Assembly (NCBI GenBank): GCA_030141605.1
Contig: JAQGDQ010000040.1
Span: 62,001-126,000 of the forward strand
DNA from: Tubiluchus corallicola
Lineage: Eukaryota; Animalia; Priapulida
Direction of reading: 5' to 3'
DNA: 64,000 nucleotides
The notes under the pieces are model-generated. The model worked only from the letters and a program-made list of their open reading frames with translations. It did no database searches and had not been told where the DNA came from. Shown here one piece after another: positions 1 to 13,200 of this stretch. Position numbers and translations under genes: made by a program. How positions within the stretch are numbered: position 1 is the stretch's first letter; each line of letters starts with the position of its first letter.

Positions 1-1262
1 TTTGGATGGTGGGCCAATATTTGTTTTACAGCTGAGCAAACTTTGCAGTGTCATTCACTATACATAAGAGTACAACTTTCTGAACAATATTTTAGTAATC
101 AAATAAACCCTGTAATAAAAGGGTTAACTATATTTGCAGAGGACTGGAATGTATGGTATATTTTTTTTAGTTATATATTCAATTTTAGTTTTAAAGTTCA
201 AAAAGATGCAGTGTGAGTGATCCATAATAATCACAATATTTCTTCATCTAGTTTATTTATTTTCTTTAAATTTGATATCATCTTCCGTAGTTACTGAGAA
301 AAGCTTGATCACTGACATTACTACATTACATACCTGTTTACTTATTGTTTATTAATTTGCAAAGTAAGTGAAAACTTTTGAACTTTCAAAAATAAAATTG
401 CATTATGAACATGAAATTTTAATCCAAGTGCAGCATAGACAGAGCCCAGAGCCGCACTGTTTCAGTTGAGCTTCAGCCGGTTTATTTCTAAGGTTGACCT
501 ACCCGATAAGAAACACAGCTTTTGTCGTGCCAGCTGCTCAGTAATGGGGGTCAAGCCAGCCAACATTTTTGATGGCTGTGAAGATTTTCGCTCTTGCGAT
601 AATCACGTGACACTGTAAATCGCAGATTGAAATATGGCAAACGCATTGCGGATTCGTGGTCAGATGGTGCGCGTACTGACAGAGATACTAAACATTAGAA
701 TTTTTTAAAGGAGATAGCTGGTAAATTCAAAAATAAATACACAAATAGGCAACGTTAGTCACACGTAGGGATCATTTTGGTGTTTTGGTATTGACTCATC
801 GGTAATAAAGATAAGCTTCATCAACAGTTGGATTTAAATTATATTTGCAATAAGTCTATTGCTTTTTTATAATAAAAAACTGATCTCTATTATTTGAATT
901 TGCACATCAGCTTTTTTCTGTGTATAAGCAACACAAATTACTTAAAACATTTGTCTCCATAATTTAACAGTTAATTAGCAATTCATCATTTATTTGGTTA
1001 ACAAAAAATTCGTAGCTTTAACTGACTTAGCTGATTTTTCCTTTAAGCCAAATCTGCCGAAAAGTCAGTCAACCTCAGCCGAGCTAGCTGATTTACTGTG
1101 TGAGTCAGCTTATGTAGTAGCAACTGACTTAGTTTCAGCCTCTACTCATAAATAATTACACAGAAGAAATGTTGTGGAAAACAAGAAAATGATGTAAAAC
1201 GAAAAAGCAAACAAACATTGGTTACCAAGAGTATAAAAAACTCTTAATAATAAGATGCTTAC

Positions 1263-4200
1263 CGGTAGATGTTGCTTTCATGTTGGAACCATCTGGTAAG
1301 TTGTCGATAGTTAAACAATGGAATTCTTGTATGCAAGACATGATACGCCACATTCTCAAAACTATATACATTCAGAGTGACCTGTTAAGGCACAAAAATG
1401 TTGGCATTTTATTTTCCAAATCACGAAATGGTTAACATTTTGAATTCTGAAAATAAGGTAAAAATTATAATATGCCTTTTTAACAGTTTTAGAATTAAAA
1501 GTGATAGCAATAATGTGATAGCAATAATTAACACAAAATGACAACAAAAGAATCCTCTTCAGGTAAGGTACCAAAGTACCTGAATCCACATTTGCAAATT
1601 AGTATAATAATAAAAAAAGAAAGTTAATGAGCATTTTTTAATTATAAAGTTTTGTTCTACAAAAATATGTACCAGGATACATAAAACAATATAGCACAGT
1701 TCAGGTATGCACAATGAGATCACACAGTATGAGGCTAGCAGAACAAATGACATCTACTACACATTTACTCAATGTCTCTTGGATACCCATTTTGTAAATG
1801 ACAAGTTATTGTAGCAATATTAATACCATTACATGCTAGTAAGCTTATAATTTGCAAATTTTCGAAGTTCTGAGCAAACTTCTCACCCTATCTGATTCAT
1901 TTTTGGTCTCCAAGTTGGAAGTAGACCTTTCAGACCTTTAGTTGTTTGAGACGTTTTAATATTATACACAAAAATTCCATTGAATTCGAGTCATATTTAA
2001 CTATTTATCACAGCTCTTTACAGTTATTACAGTTATTAATACAGTTATTACAGTTATTAATTATTCGACTGCAAAACATTTCTAAAAGAATTACAGAAAA
2101 AAACATAATAATTTACCTCATGACGCAAGATTCGCCACAGATTAAGTACAATTCTACCAGCAATATGTATTTCTGACATGTGATTAGCTCCCCATTCATC
2201 AGATTCTGCATCAAATCGACTTTCTCGCGTAGAATCTAAAAATTATAATATTGCTTGAATAAGATGCATGACGTATACTGCATGCAGCCATGCATTTGTA
2301 TTCGACCAGCTGAAATCGAACTGTTTCTCCACCTACAGTATAAGACATACACAGTCAGTATGCACATGGTTGATATAAAACGGTACTCATAGAAAGTGGA
2401 TGCAATTTGACTACCAGCACGATACACAGGCGGGAATATGAACAGCAATATTAGAACTTGCAGATTAAACAAAGAACAGTGTCAGTAAATTCAGTGATAA
2501 TTTTGTACAAATAAATAGGTCCATGAATGACAACAAAACTGAATGAATCAAGATCCAAAATCTGTGAGCATGACCGCATTTATCACTTGAGTATACCTGG
2601 TCCAGTGTGGTTTGCTCACCCATAATACATAAGTAGTCATGAAAAACACTAGGAGTTGAAGGCAATACTAAACCGATTTTCATGTCCTTCACTCTGACCA
2701 AAGTTGCTATTCACCATACCATTTTCAAGACTGCCATTATGCTAATTTAATGTCAAGTCACATTTGCGAATTAAAAAGGAGTGAAACTGGAAGTGTAATT
2801 TTTACATTTTGGCTTCTACCTTGACCTGTTAAACAACCTCAGCTTTTTAAATCATATCTTTGTGTAGGACGTTGCCCCAAATGTCTATCCCTGCATGCAC
2901 TTTAACTCCTATCTCAGATGCTTAAATAATTTAGCCTTTTAAAAGACTAGGTGCACATCAGCCCCACAACACCTAGCAGCTGAATGGCAAACTGACCAAT
3001 GTCCAGTGTCTGTGACTTTTTGACTGAGGTCATGATTCACCATGCCAGTTTTAAGAACCTACTGCAGATGTCCAATTGTCCATCCTGCGAGTTTCATGAC
3101 TCTAGCCCTCTGGAAGTTAACATGGAGGATGGATGGATAAGAAAACTGGGTGTCCAGCATAATGATAATGACGAAAAACCAGCATAATGATGATAATGAA
3201 AAAATCAGCCAATTGGTTCTCTTAGATTCGGGATGGTTGCAGATAAAAAATTCCATGCATAACGGACATTTTATTCAATGATGAACAAAGAATAAAATAG
3301 ACAGATTGAGCTCAAGGCTTCGAACAGAACAAGTTTCAAAAACGCCAAATCGTCTGTGATTATTATCTGCGAAATGAATGAAATAAATGCCTTTAATAAT
3401 TAAAACCTGCCATTTGTCATAATGGCTAATAAAAATACGTAACTCCATACAGTGCACATACCTGGAACTCGAGATATTCTGGCACATAAATTTACGCCAA
3501 GGTGTGCCGCTCTGTGCATCAAGTAACCCCACGATGTTGTCTGAATCTCATAGCCAACTAAAATATCAGGATCACTTCTGCAAATAAAAAAATACACGTG
3601 TCAGAACATTTGCTAAACTCAGAAGCAATTAATGATAGTAACGTTTCATAACACAACAATGAAAACATCGAAAAAAATAAAAACTTTTTACCTTTGCACA
3701 ATATCTAGAAATACATCAAAAGCTGCCATCTCATTTTCACAATACACAACATTGTAACTAGTAACACCACATTTGCTTAATGTCCAATGGTTATTGGGTG
3801 TACTAGTAGCCACTATTATCATGCCTGTAAAAATCAATTACAGCAATTAATTACTCGCTTTTAGTTTACATTTTAAACTGTGGGACAAAACATTAGCAAG
3901 TAACATTGCAAAAGATTTTACCAAATAACAACAAAAACAAATAAATCACTATGTAGCATTCATTACATCATTGTGCAGATTTCTAATGTTCAAATTTTCC
4001 GAAAAAATTGTTTTGTATATCAGTCATTTACAATAAGAAACACCTCCCCAGCAGCAGCATGCATAAATACACGCAACTTTTTGAAAAGCATCTGGTATCG
4101 TACCTGCAAGAGGTGCACGACTGTTTTATTTTTCAACTTTTGCAAGAAGTAACTACAACATACCAGTTATAAGCCTACCTTTCATTATTTGTTCTTGGGT

Positions 4201-7200
4201 ATTGCCAGTATCATTCTGAATACAATAGAAAATAGCACCAATTGTATCCATTGTTGGATCTGGGCACAGCTCACCCCGAGTGTGACAGTATAGTTCCATT
4301 GTCATCACTGTCAAATTCTCAGCCTAAACAAATGGTCAAATAAGTTAATAACGATGTATCTTTATACTGGCACAAAAAATTAACTATACAAGTTTGCAAT
4401 ACACCACAAAACAGCTCAGTATCTCATGCAATAAAATCGATTAAATTAGCAAGTTCAAACCTACGTGAAGCAATATGTATAGTAGGCAATATTTCACTTT
4501 GAACATCAAAACAAGAGGCATAACTAATTTCTCTAAAAAATAATAACAGAGGAATAGTATTTCGAGGTCTGCATTTTGCTGGAAATCGAACATTGAAAAA
4601 TCAAATATTTAGGTTTATGTTGTCTATTATACAAACAAATAGAAAATGACCAAGATATAAAAGAAATACAACAGCTACTCTTAAGAATCAAGTTATACCT
4701 CGTGAACTGCTTTTGCCTCTTGAAGGTCCTGTCTGCTCACACGAAATCCATGTGTATTATTAGGCGTTACTGCATCAATTCCTGAACCATGGCAATGTTT
4801 CGCCGGGCTCATCTCCTAAAATCATTTATTGCAGCAGTGTCACAATGTAGCAAAAAGCTATTAAGTCATCAGGCAAACATGTTACAAAATTCTGTTAGAA
4901 TGTATATAACGTTTATTAGCGTTATTAGCAAAGCTGACAATATCACAAAATAACAAGATAGAATATAGAATAGGAAAAAAAGAAAAAAATAGCATTATTG
5001 TGATAGAAGTTGGCCAGGCTAAATACATAGTAATGAATCCCACTCATTCTTAAATATACTCACTTAAATTACAGCTACATATTTCCTAATTGTTTAGGAA
5101 AGGGTTTACCATCTCATTAATTTATCATTTGTTAATTCAATCACAATACACTATTCTATTCATTTATTGTCCAAAATAACACATAAGTTGGTGTGCAAAC
5201 TGGTTGGTTGGTTGTATTTGTAGACTGACAAATGTACTGACTAGGCGCGTAACCAGACTCTAAAGTTAAGGGAAGCAAGTGCACAAAAAAGGTGACGTGA
5301 CACATACCAAAAAGGTGCCATGACATATGAAGCAATTATACGTTTGTCTATGTCACAAGAGACAGTATCAGCACACGACAAGAATATACCATAATAATTG
5401 ACTTTAGGGCAATTAAATCACTGGTTCAATCAGTCAACTTTGACAAATGAGTTGCGAGAATGGTTAAATAAGTACTAAGGCGGGTTGCTGAAAAGAAGCC
5501 AATTTTCAAAAATGTGCACAGGGAAACGGTTGCTTCCCTATTAGCTAAGCCACTGGTAGTGACCTTGACATACAGTTAAACCTCTTTATACTGCCCACTT
5601 TGGGATCAGAAAAAAGTTGCCGTTAAAGCGAGTTTGGCGTCATAGTGAGGTGTGTTAAATTTTGCCACAGATGAATAAAGTTTACACTAGCCAGTCCTCG
5701 ATTTTCACTCTAAAGGTTAATGGATTAAAAAAAATTATTAAATTAATTATTTGTGAATTAATGACGCACTCAAGAATAATATTCTTTATTAAGAACTTTT
5801 TGTTTTCATAAGAGTCATATACTCAACTATATAATAGACTGTAGCTTAGGCCTACTGCTCTGCTAAATATGTAAAAAAGATAGTGACAACTACAGATTTC
5901 TTGCTGTGATTTGTTTGCATGATTTTTAGAAAACAAGTAAATATTACGCTTCTAGCTGGCAAAAAAGCCATGTGTTTTTTTGTCAATATCTGAGTGGCAT
6001 TGATAATAATATGATTGCACAATAACATTCATTACTTTCAACATCTGGCCAGTGTCATCTAGCAGAGCTTATAGCATCCTCGTACAGCTGGCATCATAAT
6101 ACTGAGAAGCCTCCGGTGCTAGATGATGAGACTGCTGTTATTTCTCCATTTAACATATAGCAGGTAAAAGGTGGTGGAATGGAGGGCAATTTTTATAAAC
6201 ATTTGAATAGAGCTGTTTCATTCTTGGCCAAACTGAGCCGATTTTACAGGCTTTAGACGGCAGTACATTGTGGGGTCGTATAACAATGGTTTGATTGTAC
6301 ATTGATACAAATGTACTTAGCAGACTGTACATTTAATATTCATTATTTAAGCTTCTTTAAAACTCTATTGACTAGTGTTTGATATTTTTCTTAAAGACTT
6401 CAGATACTTAATTTATGATTGTGATAGTTTTCCTAACCATACAAGTAGTAAAATACTGTAGTAGTAATACACGTAATATAATAAACAAAAAAGGTAGGAA
6501 ACAGCTTAAGCAAAACAAAGTAATACATATATAACAGTATGTTAAAGTATGAACTGGTGCTTAAAAATTTAAATTCACATCACATAACAGTTGTTGTCCT
6601 AACTTTATTAGTTGTGTACATAAAAAATTGAATAAAGCTGATTAATCAATGATTAAATGATGTTTATTGAATGCAAAGTAACGGGTTTAAAATCACACCT
6701 TGGTCTGGTTTCCTATCAAAATTCTCTTCAGCGAGTAGCCATGTTGCATCTTTTCTGGTTCCAAATTTGCATTTGACATTTTGCCCATTGGGTCATGAAA
6801 GTTTATCGATTCTTCCACATTAGTTTGACTAGTTGGTAGCTTGGAAATTGGAGTTACATTCGCTGAGAAAACAGCCAGAGAGATTCTAGCGGGAGTGCTA
6901 TGTACCGCTTTGACTGAGGTGCAATGGTCAACTTCTTGTTGGGAATTGGCAGTGGTGCCAAACAAAGGAGAAGCCTCAGTTCTTTCTATAAGAGGCACTC
7001 CACGCTCTGGAGAGATCAACATTTCATCTGTCAGTGTTTTGAGCTTTTCACCATTTTCCATGTGGCCTCCTCCGTCCCTTGCTGTTGTCACAGGTTCAGC
7101 TAAATTGATAATATTTCTGTTATTATGTTTCGTTTAACAAACCAATCAGTAACCAGCAATGACCTTTTTCTTATGTTATCACTCAATAGCTGCATAGGCT

Positions 7201-10200
7201 AATGGCACCTTATGATGTGCATTACAAATAAATCATGGTGCTTTCAACTTCGCATGAAAACTGCACTATTGAATTTTCACATGTTTTAAAGGCATTTCTA
7301 CTTTGCTACAAGTTCTCAAAGTGTGCACCTGTTGCATCTAGTAGTGCAGAATGATCGGAGATGGATGAATTCAAATGTTTTTCTACATCAGTACGACCAT
7401 TTTGACTATCACCTATATCATCATCACTGTCATCATCTTTGCCAGCATTTGTAGAAACAAAGCCTTTATCATTAATTTTCAACCACTTGTCCACATCATC
7501 TCTGCTTGGTGGTTTTACACAAGGTGTTATCACGACTGGCTTTGCTGGAAGTGAGGCTCCTCGAAGCTGTAACAAGTAATAATCTATTAGAAGCGAAGAC
7601 AGAAAAAAATGATCTTGTGTGCAATTTATGTAGAGCAAGCTCACTTTTGTAACATTTCAATAGCTCTGGAATAGCGGGGCAGAAATAACACAGCAACAGT
7701 TTACAATAGGTCTAAATTTGTAGTTGAAGAAAAGCTAAAAATGAGATTGTGATGCCAGCAGTCTCTAGAATTTCTCTGTGCATGCATTGAATTTTGACAG
7801 AAAGAAGCCAAGCCTATATTTAGTAACATCATTAGCACCTGAAGCAAGCATAATTCTTTAGGTAAATCTCAAAAACAAGCAAAGTGCTGTCCATGAACAA
7901 GGGATTGCATGGCTGATTCAAAATTATGTCAAATTGGATTGACAATACAATTTTGCAGTTTGTTATGCCTGCTTTGGTAGCCAATGAATAAGCCAGTATC
8001 AATTTCTGAGCAAGTATATGAAATGAAATAAGATAAAAATACCAGTGGATTATCTTGAATATGCTGTGCCAATTGAAAACTAGATGAACTAGACTGATTT
8101 AACATGACTCTCCAAGCTGTTAACCCAGTAATTTCTGTATTGCCAGTATCAAAATGACGCAAATTTCCCACACACGTAGATTTGACCTCTAACAGTCTAC
8201 CACCAATCTCTCTGTTCAAAGAAAAATAGCATTTGTTTAAGAACGTGTATAATTATCCAATAACGTAACCAGCACACAAGACACCACAAAGGCTTTCCAT
8301 AAAAAAACGTGTATGGTTTTGAGCCAGGTTTTGAACACTTAAGTTTGAATGCAAAAAGCAGTGTGTGTGCACACTCACCGGCATTAAACTATCAACAACT
8401 ATATTTTACTTTTTATTTCCATGACTCTTACAAATTACTGAAAACGGTTTACCAAATCTAGTAGGCGAGTTTTAACAAATTATAGTCATTTGTGGAATAC
8501 TATTCACAATACGTTCATCAGTCAGAAGCATAAAAAACATATTTTCCATGAGGAGGTGACTCCAAAAAGTGTTGAAAAAAATATTGAAGATGGAGATTTT
8601 ATTAGTGTTATTAAATAATACAGCATGCAAAATTCATACAGCAACAGAATAATTAAAAAGTATAGTAAATGGCACCTTGGCTTTGACGGAATATCACTGC
8701 TGTCACTGCAAAAAGCTTCCTGATGGCGCACAGCAGAAAGACCATACTTTTTCAAGGATTGTACAACATCTCGTCTGCTAGGAGGTAGCATAGCTGGACG
8801 ATAAGTTTTTGAATTTCTTGTGGAACTGTGTGCATCGATACAACTTAGTGGAATAGACGGATTACTTTCACCTATTATTCATGTAGAAAGACATCATTTA
8901 AAAGTCTGCAATAGGCTATAGTAACAGACAAGAAAAACAGCAGAAAGATTTCGCATGAAAAAAATCCCACACCACAATCTTAGAATGCGTGCTACTTGTA
9001 TAATATCTACCTAAATTATATTAACTAAAAGAAAAATATTAATTCAGCTAGTAAAATGTCAAGACAAATAACTGAAAAACTGATAGCTGTGAAGCGGGAT
9101 ATTGAAAACCTTACCTCTTATTTCTGTAATTCCATCTGGATGAATATCTATTTCAGCTTGATGAGATTGAGCAACTTTGTCAACAATGCTTTGTAGAGCA
9201 GAAGAAATATCTGCACTGGGTGCAGAGGCTGCAACAGAATCTATCTCCATGGCGCAATCATCATCAGTTGTTATTGCAGCACTGTCATTTATGTCATCAC
9301 TGTTTGTCGTACTTACAACAGGTTCATCTGCATTAATCCTTGATGCTTCATCATGTACATAAGACCGAGCCAAGGTCTCAAATTCTTCGTTGGTATCCTG
9401 CACAATGAGACAGTCAACATCATCAAAGTTTGTTTTTTCAGGATAAACACTGTCTGAAATACTAACGTTGTCATATACTTCTGATTTCTTTGATACAATC
9501 CATTTTTCGCTAGAGTAACTTCTGAAAATATCACCTGAAAGAAAGCTATTGCTCAACTCATCTGAATGATTATAGCTAACACATGACATGTCTCCATGAG
9601 ATTCACTGCAGAAAAGATCACCTGCACTTTTTTGATTCAAAGGTTCATAGTTTTTGTCTGCTGAAGCCTCGGGACTCTCGGGCACAATGTCAGAAAGGTC
9701 GAAGTCATGATCTGTTGCTCCCAATGCAAAAGAAATGGAGTTGTTATTTTCGGTATCTGAGAAGCTTGTTTCTTCGCTGCAACCTCTGTTTAGTTCACAC
9801 TCAGCCAGACATTCCTCAACTCTGATTCGAGAATCACGCGGTACCAAAGACGGCACTAATACTGTATCTCCAGTGTTCTCTGCTCGTTTTTCAAATGTAG
9901 AGTGGATGGAGAATGCAGACATATTTTTTAATGCAAACCAATCATTTTCAGACTCAGAATAATTTGAATTTGGTGCCTCATTTTCTTTTGATACGGAGTC
10001 AAAATTTTCTGCACAATAAAGGCCCTGCCTAAGGATGCCACTGGCTGGAAATGTAAATTGCCATACTTCACTTCTGTCAGAATGTCTACCATTCAATTTT
10101 TCTGGAACAGAATGTTGTTCACTAACAGAATCTATCAAACTTTTAACAACAGCATTAACATCAGAGTCATATTTGCTCACTGCATCTGCTTTGACGCTGT

Positions 10201-13200
10201 TATAGTATGAGCTAGCACAGACATTGACTGGCAAAATAGATGAAAATAAATCAGCATCTACACCAAAATTATTGCAGGGAAATAAATGTTTGTTGCCTTT
10301 GACTTTTATCTCGGGTTTTTCTCTTTTCTGCCCATTTTCATGTATTAAATGTCGTTGTTCAACACTGTGCACACAGCTGCCTTCCATTAAATTCCCTACT
10401 CCCGTGTTACTGTTTTCAAGGTTATCAGTATGTTTGTTTTCAGTTGGTAAATTCATTGTAGTAAGATGACTTTGACTAGTTTTAACATCATCGGGTTCAT
10501 TGAACAAATTATTGGTATTCAACGAAGAGTTACTAGCAATTTCGTCACATGATTTACTTGGGGTTACTGATACATACAACTTCATATCAGCTGAGTTTGG
10601 CATCTCATCATAATATATAAGCCTGGTGTCAGTCCCAAGCTCTTGAGTTTTGATTCTTAGAACATCTCCTTCCATTAACTTATAAACAGACACATCATTT
10701 GGAGAAGCTTTAGACATGATAGTCTTTGATTCTTGAGCTGCCACCGGTCCTACATGTTTCTCGCAACTTGTAAATTCGCCAGGTGTTTTTACATCAGTCG
10801 AAGTGGCATCAGACAAAAGTATCAAAGATTTTCTTAAAGTCTCATTCAACAACTCAGTAATATCGTCTTTATCTGACACACTTCCACTAGGTGACTTGCA
10901 AACTGGCGGAGATTCTGATCCATGGCAAGATGAATATGGAGACCAGAAAGCCATGTTTTCAAGTGCATTATCAGCTCTAAAATCATAACATGCTAACATG
11001 TTACTGTTTATACTACAAGTTCTTTCAGGTATGTCACAACTCTCACTATCGCTTTCTACAATAACATCAACAGTTGGACTTGACTGGAATTTACTACCTT
11101 TTGCATCAGTTATTGTGCAAATTCCTTGGTTAACAATTGTGCCAACTTGTACTATTGCCTCAGGTTCAAGTGTTGAAGTCAAACTTGGATTTATGGGTTT
11201 GTTTAGATTGGGTTCGTTTAGATTTTCCTGAGGATGCACTATTTTACAGTGTGTGCTGACATCCACCTCACATTTGTTGCTTTCTACAGAATAAAGTCTT
11301 TTTTGACTTCTAGATAAATTTGCTTTACTTGTTTCATATACATTTTTCTTATAGGAGTCATTATTATTAGAGTAACGTAGTTCAAACTGTAACTGCTGCT
11401 TACGAGGAGACACTTTTTTTTTCTTGCCAACTAATACACGTTTAACTGGTGCAGTTTTGTCAATGTCAGTTTGTTTTTCTTCAGCTTGTTTTACAGGTGA
11501 TATTACAAATTGTAATGGAGCCTTTGATGCAATTTTGTCTTTTTTCTTTTCAGTACCTTTGTCATTAGTTACTTTAGTTTTTTCACTTAAACGTCGCTTT
11601 CGCTTCTTCTGTATTTCCAACCAGTCACAATATTCTAAAGTAAAATGCCTCTTTCTTTTGAAAGTTCTTGGTAAACCACCAGATTCAATAACCAGTTTTT
11701 CTACTACAACACTACATGGTTTGCATAATGCACCCAAAGGTTTATCATGTGAATTATACGGAAAGGATTCTGATGTGCGTTTCTGAATATCAGTTTTGCT
11801 CTTTCTCTTTTTTAAAGTCATTCCAAGCTTTTCCAATATACTTTGCTTGCCTCGAAATCGCGTGTCGTGGATTGCATGATTACTCAACTGATTTTGTGTT
11901 AATTCTTTCTTTACATCCTCACCGTATTTACCTTTCTCCTTTAAGGACACGTACGTCTTTTCCTGATTGTCAGATAAATGTTCTGATGACCTTTTGGATG
12001 AATATGCTACATTTTTATTGTTTTTACCATTCGGTAAATTGCGTGTCATGCCTCTCTTCCTCATGCTACGAGGAAAAGTGCTGCGCAAGATCTTCGCGAA
12101 TGCTTCACTATCTTTCCAAGTTTCTCGTTTGCTATCTGTACACATATCTTTCAAAAGTGATGCACTGTTCTTGCTATTAGGTTTAGTTTTTAACAAATGT
12201 CGTTCCGTGTTCATCTCGTTCTGCACGAAACTGGTTTCTTTAATGCAATCTATTCTGCTAGATTTCATATTTTTGAAATATGCAGAAGAATGCTTGGTGA
12301 ACTTTCGCTTCATGGAAATCTGATTAGGGACAGCAATTGTGTCCCGTGTATCACATTTATTTTGTACACTGCTCATATGATCATGTTCCTGCCGCTTCCT
12401 CAAGATATCTGACCCTTTTTCAGCAATATCAGACAATGTTGCCTCAGAACTGTTATTCACACAAGTTTTGCTAGGCTCATCATTCTTTTGCAATACAACT
12501 GGGTTGACTGGATAGACAATACAGGCACCTTTGGGAATGTGCGATGGAAGTTGACAAAATGGTGAAGAAATACCAGTAGACGGCAATAATGATACATGTT
12601 GCGTGCTTGGTGAAAGATCAAATTCGTTACTATACTCCAAGTTAGAAATTTCCAAAGTATCCTCCTCTTCACCTGATAAGGTATCAAGAGGCTCTACTAC
12701 TTCACCAGTCAGTAGTTGTGTGTACTGTTTATTTATTTCAATGCTGACTACAACTTCATCAACTGGTGATTTACTGCATATTTCTTTAGACGAGATACCA
12801 TCGGGTACATGACCAACTTGATCTGCCGATGATTCTAGAAATGCATATGCTTGGTTGGGTGGCTCACGTTCTGATCGCTTCTCTTCATTCAATACCTGGC
12901 TAGTTACATCATTAGTTTGAGTCTCAGAAATAACAATTTCGTTTTGTTCATTTTGTTCACTGTTACCTTCTAGCCCTTCTGATAATAAAAAATCCTGTTT
13001 GGAGCTGAACCCACTATATCTCACATCCACTTCTGTAGAAGTGCTTGTAACAATTTTCGACACTGGATCACTATTCTCGATGATCTGTGTTGCTGACAAT
13101 AAGGAAATATGATGAGGTATTTCAAAGCAACTCTTTTGTGCTTTCAATTGGCACGATGAATTTTCTTCTGCATTTGGTTTCGAAAATTGCTCATTGCTCG

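Noticed and set aside
450-1140. Possible CACT/CACAG-ended element with repeated TCAGC/GCTGA motifs
   Set aside because: Termini and TSD could not be defined; probably an old DNA transposon remnant.
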